Shown one piece after another: positions 11,922-22,637 of a DNA stretch of 64,000 bases (positions are counted from its first letter, which is position 1; every line of letters starts with the position of its first letter). A program made the position numbers and the translations under genes. Source of the stretch: Dendrobates tinctorius (Eukaryota); the NCBI RefSeq assembly GCF_039654945.1, contig NW_027361853.1, positions 3,782,001 through 3,846,000 on the forward strand, read 5' to 3'. The notes beneath the pieces are model-generated. The model was not told the origin of the DNA. It saw nothing but the letters and a program-made list of their open reading frames with translations, and made no database searches.

Positions 11922-11965
11922 ACCTCCTGATGAAACTGCAGAGGCGGTGAAACGCGCGTCGGGGT
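11922..11965 (+). ncRNA. Minimal type I hammerhead ribozyme (PLE-associated)
   Basis: ACCTC-CTGATGA-A-ACTGC agag GCGGT-GAAA-CGCGCG-TC-GGGGT, with a GUC triplet and palindromic stem III. Confidence 0.85.
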
Positions 11966-14198
11966 GCGTTACGGGTCTACAACTAGGTGGCAGCATGATG
12001 ACAGGTATATGTACACCATATATGTTGTTAATTCTGTGACGTCTATTTATACCACATGGGAGTTATACTCCTTCCCATTTGGCGCACTAGGGGGATGGAT
12101 ATTAAGTGAGCAAGGGTTTTTGCTTATTAAGGACTTATGTTACTATATCCCCTCACATGATGCATAATTAGGACCTGCATTGCAGAGTCCATGCTATGTT
12201 TGACCTATATGTTGTGACCCTATACAATTTATCTTATCCACAACAATGCTTGTTTGTCTATCCAGGTGAGGTATTTACCTCTTTATATGTGCTCTGTATC
12301 TCTTATGTGCATTATATAATGTTAATATGATGGTTTTGTATTTATTGAAATAAAATTTGTATTTTTGGATCTTTTTGCTCCATTTTTTCTCCTTTGGTGG
12401 TATGTATTGATTCTGGAGGGATCATTGGTCTAATTTTTCATGAAATGAGGTTTTTAGTGTTTGGATTGTTCACTTCTACAGCCGCTTGTTAAACAATCCC
12501 CTGGTCATATAAGAGATTCCAAACAAGTTTTGGAATTTTTTTCGGAAAAAATTTGGTTATCCACATATACTTGGGTATGCTGTGATGTAGTATCCCGTTA
12601 TACGTGTATTCCGCATAAATTGGCTATTCAGGCATTGAAGTTTTATTTGTACAAATTCAGTGAATATACAGTGGACTTAATAGATTACATTCTTCAGGTG
12701 GTTAGTTTTTTATTGTCTCATAATTTTTTTTGCATTTAATGGTGAGTGCTAGCTACACAAAACAGGCGTGGCCATGGGGGTGAAATTTTCATCTTCATTG
12801 GCAAATTTGGTGATGTGTTTTTGGGAATTGCAATTCATATTCTCAGCCTCTAATCCTTTTTCTGAATACTTGGTCTGGTATGGCAGATACATCGATGATA
12901 CCCTCATTATTTGGGGGGGTGGTATCTGCCATGCCGGACTTTGTGAACTATTTGAATTCTAAAGACTTTAATATTAGGTTTACGTGTAAATATGACACCA
13001 ATAAAATTTCATTCTTGGATTTGGAATTGGTTGGTATTTCCAACCATTCCATTCAGTCCAGTCCGCTCAGTGGAAATACGGTTCTTCATGCTACTAGCAG
13101 TCATAATAAACATACGATTAAGTTTGTCCCCGTAGGGGAGTATACTAGCATAAAACGTAACTGCAGTCATGCATCTGATCTGGATAGGGAATTTAAACAA
13201 GTGACTGAAAAGCTAAAAAAACGCAAATACCCAGTGTGGACGCTGAATAGAGCCCGAAATTTAGTTCCTAAAAAACAACTTGCTGAATTAATTAAGTCTA
13301 ATACAAGTAAAAGTACAAAAGAGTGGAACAAAAAAACCGTATGTATGTTTTCAATTTAGCCCACAATTTATGCAAATTAAGAATATAATCAATAAATATT
13401 TACCTATATTGTATGAGGATGAAAAATTAAAAAAAAGGTACTTAATACAGTTGTTAATATAATTTCGAGACGTGCACCAACTCTGGGCAACAAACTGTCA
13501 CCCAGTACATTTTTTCTGAATAAGAAAAAACCTCTACGTAATTGGTTAAATTGTATGGGCTTTTATAGATGTGGCTCTAATAGCTGTAAGACTTGTGCAC
13601 ATGCGATAGTCATCAAAGATTGTTTTGAAAGCGGAGATCAAATGAAATATAAAATTAGGAGTTATATTAACTGTAATTCCACAAATGTGGTGTATAGGGT
13701 TACTTGTAAGATCTGTAAGCTTTCCTATGTAGGATGTACATCTAGGAAACTTAAGGTTCGCATCAGAGTACATTTATATGATATAACCAGTACAAAACCA
13801 CGGATAGAAATGTATCTGCGGCATCGCAACATTTCATTGTTTGTCATGCCAGGAGCATTAGTTCCTTTGAAGTTCATGGCATAGAAATAGTTAATACTCC
13901 ATATCAAGGGGGGGATGCCAGAAGACTACTTCTCACAAGAGAAGCGTATTGGATATATCGTTTAAACACAAGATTTCCACATGGCTTAAATAAGCACAAT
14001 GATTTAGCGCTTCATTATAATTAAACTAATGTGTTTATAATTTGGATAAGGCGTAAGCAACAGCTTTTTTAAACGTTCTTTTGGATTTTTATGTTTGTTC
14101 TTTCTGATTTCACATGTGTGTTTGTCATGTGATTTAATACTGCAATACTAGTGGTTAGTTCTTTCTATATAGAACTCTGTGTCGGAAGAATGGACATG

Positions 14199-14237
14199 GC
14201 TTTTGATAAAGATCGCATAGATCGAAGCGCGTAAAGC
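14199..14237 (+). ncRNA. Variant hammerhead-like motif in the PLE terminal repeat (inverted copy at 5916-5954)
   Basis: GCTT-TTGATAAA-GATC gcata GATC-GAAG-CGCG-TA-AAGC: hammerhead geometry with a non-canonical core. Confidence 0.55.
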
Positions 14238-14563
14238 TTGTCCCATGTGTATTGGCAGTAGTCCTGGAGAGTGAATTTGTCATCTGACCATTTGTTTTTA
14301 ATGAGAAGAAATAAAGCAAGTCATTACGTTTTAACGCAGCTGGAACTACTCATCTCATTTTCTCTATGGATTCCACGTCTGTCAGGTCGAAGTTCCGAGG
14401 TTTCTGCGGTGGTTGCTGGTGAGCTAGCTATATTTTGTATATTTTTGTGTAAACATAACATGACACCCGCAGACCATTCCATCAAAGTCTGCATTCCAAA
14501 ACGTCACTACTTCCCTTCCGAGCCCCGACGTGTGCCCAAAGAGTAGTTGTTTTCTCCCACTTA

Positions 14564-15051
14564 GGCCTGTTTCACACTTCAGTTTTTTGTGTCAGTTAAA
14601 ATCCGCCAAAAAGGCGGAAAGCAGATGCGTTCCTAACTGATGTGAACGGATGCCACCGGATCCGTTTTTTTACGGATCCGCCGAATGAAGAATTTTAAAG
14701 GAACCGCTGCCCGGAAAGAGAGGAGAGAGAGAGAATTTTTCTGTGTCTGCCAGAAATGATTTCAGGGTTAAATTTCCTCCTGACTTCATTCCTCCGGGCA
14801 TGCACTGTATCAAAATGTGGATCCTGCACTACAAAAAACGTTACATAGTCCGTCCAGGCATCCCGGCGGACGCAAAAAAATTGACGGATCCGCAAAAAAA
14901 CGGATCCAACGGACGGCCATCCGTCAAGATCCGCCGGTAATGCAAGGGAATGGGGAACAAAACGGATCCACCAAAAAAAATGGCGGATCCGTTTTTTTGC
15001 AAAATCGGCGGATTTTGACTGATGGTCAAAAACCGAAGTGTGAAACAGGCC
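14564..15051. mobile_element. MITE (PIF/Harbinger-like)
   Basis: Perfect 17-bp TIR ggcctgtttcacacttc / gaagtgtgaaacaggcc, tta/ata flanks, internal cggatccg subrepeats. Confidence 0.8.
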
Positions 15052-16604
15052 ATATGGGGCACCAGCATACTCAGACCAAATTGGACAACTTTTGGGGTCC
15101 AAATTTTCCTGTTACCCTTGTGAAAATATAAAATAAGGGGCTAATAGCATTTTCGTGAAAAAAACGATTTTTTATTTTCACGGCTCTACATTATAAACTT
15201 TAGTGAAACACTTAGGGGTTCAAAGTGCTCACCACACATCTAGATAAGTTCCTTGGGGGGGTCTAGTTTCCAAAATGGTGTCACTTGTGGGGGGTTTCCA
15301 CTGTTTAGGCATCAGGGGCTCTCCAAACGTGACATGGCGTCCAATCTCAATTTCAGCCAATTCTGCATTGAAAAACTCAAACGGTACTTCCCTTCCGAGC
15401 TCTGCCGTGCGCCCAGTGGTTTACCCCCACAAGTGGGGTATCGACATATTCAGGAGAAATTGCACAACAAATTTTGTGGTTCATTTTCTCTTTTTACAAC
15501 TGTGAAAATAAAAAAATTGGTTCTGAATTAAAGTGTGTGTGAAAAAAAGTTACTGTAAATGTTCATTTTTTCATTCCACATTGCTTCAGTTCCTGTGAAG
15601 CATGTAAAGGGTTAATTAACTTCTTGAATGTGGTTTTGAGCACCTTGATGGGTGCGGTTTTTTAGAATGGTTCACTTTTGGGTATTTTCTGTAATTTACC
15701 ACATTAACAATGTATAGAGTGTATTTCTGAATCATTTAACGCTAGCTTCATTGGAAAAAACTGTGCTTTTCTTTCAAAAATAAGGAAATTTCTAAATGAC
15801 CCTAAACTTTTGAACTGTAGAGTATCTCTCTGATTTAAGGGCATAAAAATTAAAAGTTTGACAATTGCAAAATTTTTAATTTTCGCCAGATTTGTTTTTT
15901 TTTCATAAATTAAACGCAAATCATATCAAAGAAATTTTACCACTAAAAGGAACACTGTCACGAAAAAACAATCTCAGAATCAGCAGGATCCGTTAACATG
16001 TTCCAGAGTTATAACCTCATAAATTGCCATAAATTGACAGTGGTTAGAATTGTAAAAATTGGCATGGTCATTAAGTAGCAAACCTGTCACAGTATGCATC
16101 ACTAACAAGTGGTTTTCAATCAAAGCGGCGCCGTAATCATCTCCAAAAATCACTTTGTATACTTATATAGTACCTTCTCTTCTCTTTCAGTCATTGGGGT
16201 GGAGCTTCATTTTTTTGCCACAGGTTTGTCATATTGTCGACCTCCATGCACTCTGATTGGTGTTCCAGGGAGCACCGACATTACAGGAATGTCGGTGTTA
16301 CGGGGAGCACCGATATTACAGGAATGTACTCTAAAATCTTGCGTCGAGCGTGGTTACAGAGCTTATGGCTTGCAGCAGACTCCAGCGGATGCGCACAGTC
16401 GATGAAGTTTGGTATGAGATACACCCAGATACAGTGTGCATGCGCGGGGAGTTGCTCGATACTGCCCAAGTGCAAAATTTAAGAGCAGATTCCTGTGACG
16501 TTGGCGCACCCTAATCAGAGTGCGTGGGCTTCTCAAACCGGCAAATGAATTTAAATGAAGCGCCACTCCTATGACTGAAAGAGAATGTACTATTATATAT
16601 GTAC

Positions 16605-17089
16605 AAAACAGGATTCCAGATCTTTCCGTCTTATTGAAGTCTTATCTCGGTCGTAAATGTGCTTCACATTACTGATGCAGGGCTTCACATGTGTTAGGGC
16701 GGTTTCACATTGGCGTTTCAGGGTGCAGCGACGGCCTGCGCACGGCCGCCGCTAAGCCCCACCCCTGTCGCGCCTCCTCCGGTAGCTCCGCCTACCGGCG
16801 CATTACGCTGCATGCGTCCTGCGTCCCCTATCACTGGGGACACAGGCCGTGCGCAGTATGCGTTTGGCGGCGCATGCGTCCTTTTGACGGTGCGCCGACC
16901 AGCACCAAACGCAACCTCTTGCGCGACAGGGGCAGGGCTTAGCGGCGGCCGTGCGCAGGCCGTCGCTGCACCCTGAAACGCCAATGTGAAACCGCCCTAA
17001 CACATGTGAAGCCCTGCATCAGTAATGTGAAGCACATTTACGACCGAGATAAGACTTCAATAAAGCGGAAAGATCTGGAATCCTGTTTT
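16605..17089. repeat. 169-bp-arm inverted repeat comprising a MITE end plus ~90 bp of its flank
   Basis: 16605-16773 is a near-perfect reverse complement of 16921-17089. MITE-like termini lie at 16697 and 16997. Confidence 0.9.
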
Positions 17090-17593
17090 CTGCTTATTAG
17101 AAATTAAGAAGGGTGGTTAGCATGAACTGTGTCTAATAGGTAAATCATATTTTCAGAAACGTGATGAAGTGGCGAACACAAAGCATGTTTTCCCGTCGCT
17201 GGGCAATGACCAGAATCCCTCCAACTGAATAATGGCCAGATAGGAAACATGGCATGGCTGTTGTCAGCCATCTATGAAAAGGTAAAATCACGATAAAAAA
17301 TATTACGTACAGTAGATATCAAGCACCTGTGACCATCAGGAGCGAAGGTATTGTGAATGATGGGAATCTCAGTTCTCTGAAAACCAGCCTGACGCCCTTT
17401 TAGATGTGATCAAGGGGGAGGTGTGTGGGTGCACTGTAACTTAGGAGCTAAATAAATAAAATAAATAAAAAGCAGAACCTGAGTCTGGATCATTTGTCAG
17501 TATTTAGAGGCACAGTTCACTGTAGATGCCTCCCTCAATAAATCTGAAGCCATTGTGGTGACGTCAGGTCGTTAGTTTCTTTTGTTAATCCTC

Positions 17594-17599
17594 TTTATT
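17594..17599 (-). terminator. Candidate polyadenylation signal for GALNT16
   Basis: AATAAA on the minus strand about 1.7 kb after the stop, at the end of a repeat-poor AT-rich stretch. Other AATAAA sites exist (e.g. ~18390), so this is tentative. Confidence 0.3.
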
Positions 17600-19312
17600 T
17601 TTTGTAATTGTATATGCTGTATTGTTTTGTCCCCCTTGTAAAAAATCTTTTTTTTTTTTTTTTTTAATAAACACTGCCTATTGTTCGGTTCTGGATTAAA
17701 TATAAAATTTAATAGTTCTGCTCCTTTTGTTCTGTAAACCACACTCCTGAAAGCCATAAACTACCAGAAATCAGGTGTCCAGTGGGCATGTATAAATGAC
17801 TGGTGGTGGGAGTGAGTAGTTCTTGGGTTATCATGGAGTTAGGAGTGAATGTACTGGGATATACAGTATATATTCAATGCGTTGGAATCTGAGCTGCTTA
17901 TACCATACGCTCACTGTCTATCTTTCATTTGTAACAGATCAGTTTACTGCTTGCTGGATGCGATTAAACTTTAAAATTACGGTAATATGAATTTTGATGA
18001 GCGCATTAGATTTATATGAAAAAAGGGTTGAAAGAAAATAAACCAAATACAGATGGCTTATCACAGACTTGTTCATCTGTGTCCATTTTTTCTATTTCTA
18101 TGTTTTGTCATAAAGCTAAAAAGTATCTGTCAAAAAATACAGATAACCCACCATGTAGCCAGATTTTCAGTGCACAGGTATTAAATTGCCTGTGTGCGTT
18201 TATCATGATAAAACAGCTTCTACTAAAGGAATTATACTAATAACACATTGGTCAATTAAGTTTGAGTTTTGCGCATAAGCTCGTACTGAATGGTCAAAAT
18301 ATGAGACGCATATTTTGACACAAATTATAAACTATCTTAAACACAATGACAGTTCAAAAATGTAGCTAAAATTATATATATTTCAAATTTATTTATTTTT
18401 GTGAGAACGGCTATTCCTATGCACCCTTGACTTCTTTGATAACGAGCCAATCAGTGACCAAATGGGTCATGAAGTCAACAATGCAGAGGAACTGCAAACA
18501 ATAAGTTAACATTAGATTTTTACAAAATACCGCTGTCTTTCATGTTGTGTTTCCATTGAAAATTAACGCAATAATATTTAACGTCTAAGACAATCAGCTC
18601 GGTCGTATACACAGTAACACAAAACTATTAAAGCTAGAGCTACAACTCCCTCATGTTTTATTGACATGCAGAGCCAAGTATCAGAGGGTTGGATGTCTGA
18701 GCCTTTAACATTTAGAATTACATGTATGATGAACCCCAGCAGAGATTGAACATACAGAAAGGTCATTCGTTTTACATCGTCAAAAGACAATATCTGTGCA
18801 GCTCTAGATTTCGGATCCATTCACATGGCCTCTGACACACAAATGTGAGGTATCACGTCCCTGGCTGTTCGAAAGTCTTTAAAAATTAGATGATCGGTAA
18901 CATCACTTACTACACGTCAAGAAGTAACATGGCTATATTACTTTAAAGATGAAAAGATTCCGGTAGCCTTAAATAACGTAACTGGTTTTAAGAACATCAC
19001 ATCTGTACTTACTGTGCAAAGAATAAGTAAACTTGCTGAAAACAGAAAATTAAGGGACCAGAATACCAAATTTGATATCAAGATAAAGTAAAAACGGTAG
19101 GCGTCTGCCACATCCAGAAGCAAATGGTCCCCTTTGAAAAAATAAAATAAAATAAAACCATGACAATATCAGGTATTGCCACCCATGGTCTGGCAGTGTC
19201 TTAACACCTACAAGGAGTCTATGTATTTGATGTTTAAAACTGGGTGGTCCATAAAATGTTCCAGTGTCCCTCATCATGGATCACGTCCATGCAAGATTGT
19301 GATGATATGCAT

Positions 19313-19450
19313 TCAAGTTGCCTGAAGTAGCTCCCACTGCTGACTTGTAAGATCTGATTGGCAAGGGTTGATCAGAACCCTGGAGGAATGAGTATCCAAA
19401 CACATTGCACTACTCAGGTGCTGTAAGAAGTGTCCTTTCAACTTCCATTT
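19313..19450 (-). CDS. GALNT16: Polypeptide N-acetylgalactosaminyltransferase 16, last coding exon (ricin lectin C-terminus)
   Basis: AG acceptor at 19451-19452. Encodes KWKLKGHFLQHLSSAMCLDTHSSRVLINPCQSDLTSQQWELLQAT* (138 nt, phase 0, QxW motif). Confidence 0.9.
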   Translation of the reverse strand, partial: KWKLKGHFLQHLSSAMCLDTHSSRVLINPCQSDLTSQQWELLQAT

Positions 19451-20646
19451 CTGGAAAAAAAATAGGAATAAAAGTCAACACCATGCACCAGTAATGCTGC
19501 CTTAGTTTGAAAGAATTTTTAACAATAAAGGGATCATAAATTTTACTTTACAATAGTGACACAATTTCCAAACTATGTTGAAAGACAAGAAAGATGATAT
19601 AAACGGCAAACAAATTATTTATTTTGCAGAATACAATATTATCAGGGTCACAGTTTGTGGACTCACTGTAAAAACAACAAAATGGTGCCAAAAATGTCTC
19701 AAGTTAAGAAATTCAACCTGGCCAGACTGCGTGTCCTATTTCAGGTACACTATGCTATCAGGGTATACACTGTGTAGGGGTTTCTGCTCTCTTGTAGACG
19801 CTTGGATACGCACAGGCTTTTTATATCAAAACAGAATGTTTTTTTTGTCCTTCATAAACTTTATAGCTCCAAAATGAAAACAGCCTTTCTTCAGCACAAA
19901 TGAATAATAAAAAAGGCCTTTCTCTGGGTAAGCAAAGTAAAACAAATGATCTTACCAACTTGGTGTTACAGGCACTTCTCAGTCTCTAGCATTGACTATC
20001 CACCATGAACTTTCTTTCTCCAACTCAACACACACTGCTGAACCCTGCTGCCTGTATTAGACCTGGGAGTATGGGAGCGACCTTTCCCACCCAGGCTCTT
20101 TTGGTCTCTCCTAAATCCTGAACCCAAAATCCAGTCAAAATAAAACCACCTCGTCCTTTAGGACCTTAATTCCTAATTTTATTATTATATTAATAAGTTT
20201 GCTTTACAGCAATGTATATGCAATAATAGTAGGTTTGTCAAGGCTTAATTTACAAATTTAAGATTGATGTGGATATTTTTCCAGTAAGCATTTACATTAA
20301 TCATGTGAGCATGCTTACATTTTTGGATTGTTTAACAAAATCATTATGTTTATTACCCATCGCCTGGACGCATGAAATGCATGTCAAGGTTTTTCTCATG
20401 CACACATGCAGACCAGGATATCAAAAGGTAAGATATGAGATGACAGTTGGGGCTTTTAAAAATCTATGAAGAGGAAGAGAAGTGCTAGAGGCAAAGATAT
20501 GCTACTACAAGTTCCATAGAAGTTTATGAACACCAACTGTCATTTCTTTCAGTAATGGTAAGATCTGCTTCTTTTGTTTTCTGCTGTGTAAACGTTGGCT
20601 GGGTCCTGTGGTCAGACAAAACTTGTACATCGTAATGATAGAAGTA

Positions 20647-21616
20647 CTAGATTATGGCCCGATGCTATCGCATCGGGAGGATGCGATAGCATCACACCTC
20701 TTGCCATGTTAACCCTCAACACACACACTCCACTCACCTTTCACCATCTCCACTCACTCTTTCACTCCACATACGACCCCTTCTCTCACTCCGTCTCTCA
20801 TACTCACGCCGTCATCGCCGCTGCTCCACGATCCCCGATATCTTCTTCCGCCGGCGCCATCCTGGATCCAGACGTTGTCCACGCCGGCGACATGTTCTTG
20901 CGGCGACGCCATCTTGAGTATCGTGAAATCCCGCGATAATCAAGATGGTGTCGCCGCAAGAACATGTCGCCGGCGTGGACGACGTCGGGATCCAAAATGG
21001 CGTCGGCGAAATCTCGCGAGTTTTCGCCGACGCCATTTTGGATCCCGACGTCGTCCTTGCCGGCGACATGTTCTTGCGGCGACGCCATCTTGAGTATTGC
21101 AGGATTTCGCTGATCCAAAATAGCGTCGCCGCAGGAACATGTCACCGGCGTGGATGCGGTCGGGATCCAAAATGGCGTTGGCGAAATCTCGCGAGATTTC
21201 GCCGACGCCATTTTGGATCCCGACCGCATCCACGCCGGCTACATGTTCTTGCGGCGACGCCATCTTGACTATCGCGGGATTTCGCCGATCCAAAATGGCG
21301 TCGCCGCAAGAACATGTCGCCGGCGTGGAGGACGTCTGGATCCAGGATGGCGCCGGCGGAAGAAGATGTCGGGGATCGTGGATCAGCGGCGATGATGGCG
21401 TGAGTATGAGAGACGGAGTGAGAGAAAGGGTCGTATGTGGAGTGAAAGAGTGAGTGGACGTGAGTGGAGATGGTGAAAGGTGAGAGGAGTGTGTGTGTTG
21501 AGGAGGAGTGGTGTGTTGAGGGTTAACATGGAAAGAGGTGTGCGGTGACGTCACCGGTTACAACTGGACGGAAGTTGTTACAACCGGAAGCTGCTTAGGG
21601 CATTTATTATTATAGA
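20647..21616 (-). mobile_element. Non-autonomous Helitron with palindromic interior
   Basis: Minus strand has A|TC...CTAG|T termini and no TSD. An 8-bp hairpin cccgatgc-tatc-gcatcggg (20658-20677) lies 7 nt from the terminal CTAG. Confidence 0.8.
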
Positions 21617-21623
21617 TAGTCAC

Positions 21624-21740
21624 CTGTCTGCTGTCTTTCTGGTTGCATGGTTCAAGCATGACCAAGGCACCTGTGGAAAATGAGGTGATGGACAAGCATT
21701 TATCTTGCTGTCGGATCAAAGTGTCACTGAGCGCCCACTC
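21624..21740 (-). CDS. GALNT16: GALNT16 coding exon (lectin domain)
   Basis: AG/GT bounded, 117 nt, EWALSDTLIRQQDKCLSITSFSTGALVMLEPCNQKDSRQ. Confidence 0.92.
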
Positions 21741-22071
21741 CTGGAATAAAAACAGATCAGAAATTAGATTGATTAAAAAATACAACTCTACTAGCATAAC
21801 TGTGTATATGGCATCAACATCTATGGCATCTACAACCTTCCCTTGTTCAAAGTCACTCGAGTCTCATTTACTTCCCTTTCCAACATTTTGACTCCCTCCC
21901 CTCTTTGCCTGTAGAAGCCACATGACCATTAGAACCAATAAAGAAGTACAGATAAATTTGGAGAATCCAATCAATGTTGGAACAGGAAAATGGGTATTTA
22001 TAAGATGATTTCATTTCTTTAAAGAACAAAATAAAGGACTGAACTTTTAATGCTTCGATCATTTTGCTCAT

Positions 22072-22528
22072 TTACCTGCGTGGTCGGTGGAGCGCTTGCA
22101 GTTCCCTTACCTGCGTGGTCGGTGCAGCGCTTGCAGTTCCCTTACCTGCGTGGTCGGTGCAGCGCTTGCAGCTCCCTTACCTGCGTGGTCGGTGCAGCGC
22201 ATGCAGTTCCCTTACCTGCGTGATCGGTGCAGCGCTTGCAGCTCCCTTACCTGCGTGGTCGGTGCAGCGCATGCAGTTCCCTTACCTGCGTGGTCGGTGC
22301 AGCGCTTGCAGTTCCCTTACCTGCGTGGTCGGTGCAGCGCTTGCAGCTCCCTTACCTGCGTGGTCGGTGCAGCGCATGCAGTTCCCTTACCTGCGTGATC
22401 GGTGCAGCGCTTGCAGCTCCCTTACCTGCGTGGTCGGTGCAGCGCATGCAGTTCCCTTACCTGCGTGGTCGGTGCAGCGCTTGCAGTTCCCTTACCTGTG
22501 TGGTCGGTGCAGTGCTTGCAGTTCCCTT
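22072..22528. repeat. 35-bp minisatellite (13 units) made of the exon 3' end plus splice donor
   Basis: Minus-strand unit GTAAGGGAACTGCAAGCGCTGCACCGACCACGCAG. Donor GT at 22075+35k for k=0..12. Confidence 0.97.
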
Positions 22529-22637
22529 GCAGCTTCCAACCCCGGCCAATGTATTTCCCGCTGTGTCTGGTCCTTGGGATTCCAAGCAATTTCCTCCCTG
22601 CTTTATAATCCCTGTGATCACTTCTTTCTCGGGAATT
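22496..22637 (-). CDS. GALNT16: GALNT16 coding exon (start of lectin domain)
   Basis: AG at 22638-22639; 142 nt; IPEKEVITGIIKQGGNCLESQGPDTAGNTLAGVGSCKGTASTAPTTQ. Phase fits both neighbours only with the first donor. Confidence 0.9.

Larger units (their letters stand above)
9500..12469 (+). mobile_element. Second, different PLE (5'-truncated, Neptune-type) nested in the first
   Basis: 14-bp target duplication tcacttctacagcc (9486-9499, 12470-12483). ORFs 9523-10428 and 10415-10669 contain RYIDD, CFQCGNCSAC and YIGMTTRQL (GIY-YIG). A long AT-rich 3' region carries a TATA box and a hammerhead. Confidence 0.9.
5792..14450. mobile_element. Penelope-like retroelement (Neptune-type) inserted as inverted arms: minus arm 5792-7628; plus arm 7629-7698 + 9335-9499 + 12484-14450
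   Basis: 14-bp target duplication aaacataacatgac (5778-5791, 14451-14464). RT motifs (DVASLYTCIPH, GVAMGAKFSP, RYIDD), Cys-rich linker CGSNSCKTC and GIY-YIG-like SYVGCTSRKLKVRI. The terminal ~450 bp are mutual inverted copies. Confidence 0.9.
4874..16075. mobile_element. Large non-autonomous DNA-transposon-like repeat (possibly piggyBac-type) with recurring internal subrepeats; split by the PLE insertion 5792-14450; boundaries approximate
   Basis: Recurring blocks such as tttccaaaatggggtcacttg and gtttaggcacatcaggggctct appear on both sides of the PLE. The host sequence rejoins across the duplication aaacataacatgac. The superfamily is inferred only. Confidence 0.5.

Noticed and set aside
20595-21554. 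Overlapping ORFs of 70-204 aa on both strands
   Set aside because: They arise from GC-rich palindromic Helitron subrepeats and have no recognisable domain.
22072-22528. CRISPR-like array of ~35-bp repeats
   Set aside because: The units are contiguous with no unique spacers, there are no cas genes, and the context is a eukaryotic exon-intron junction.
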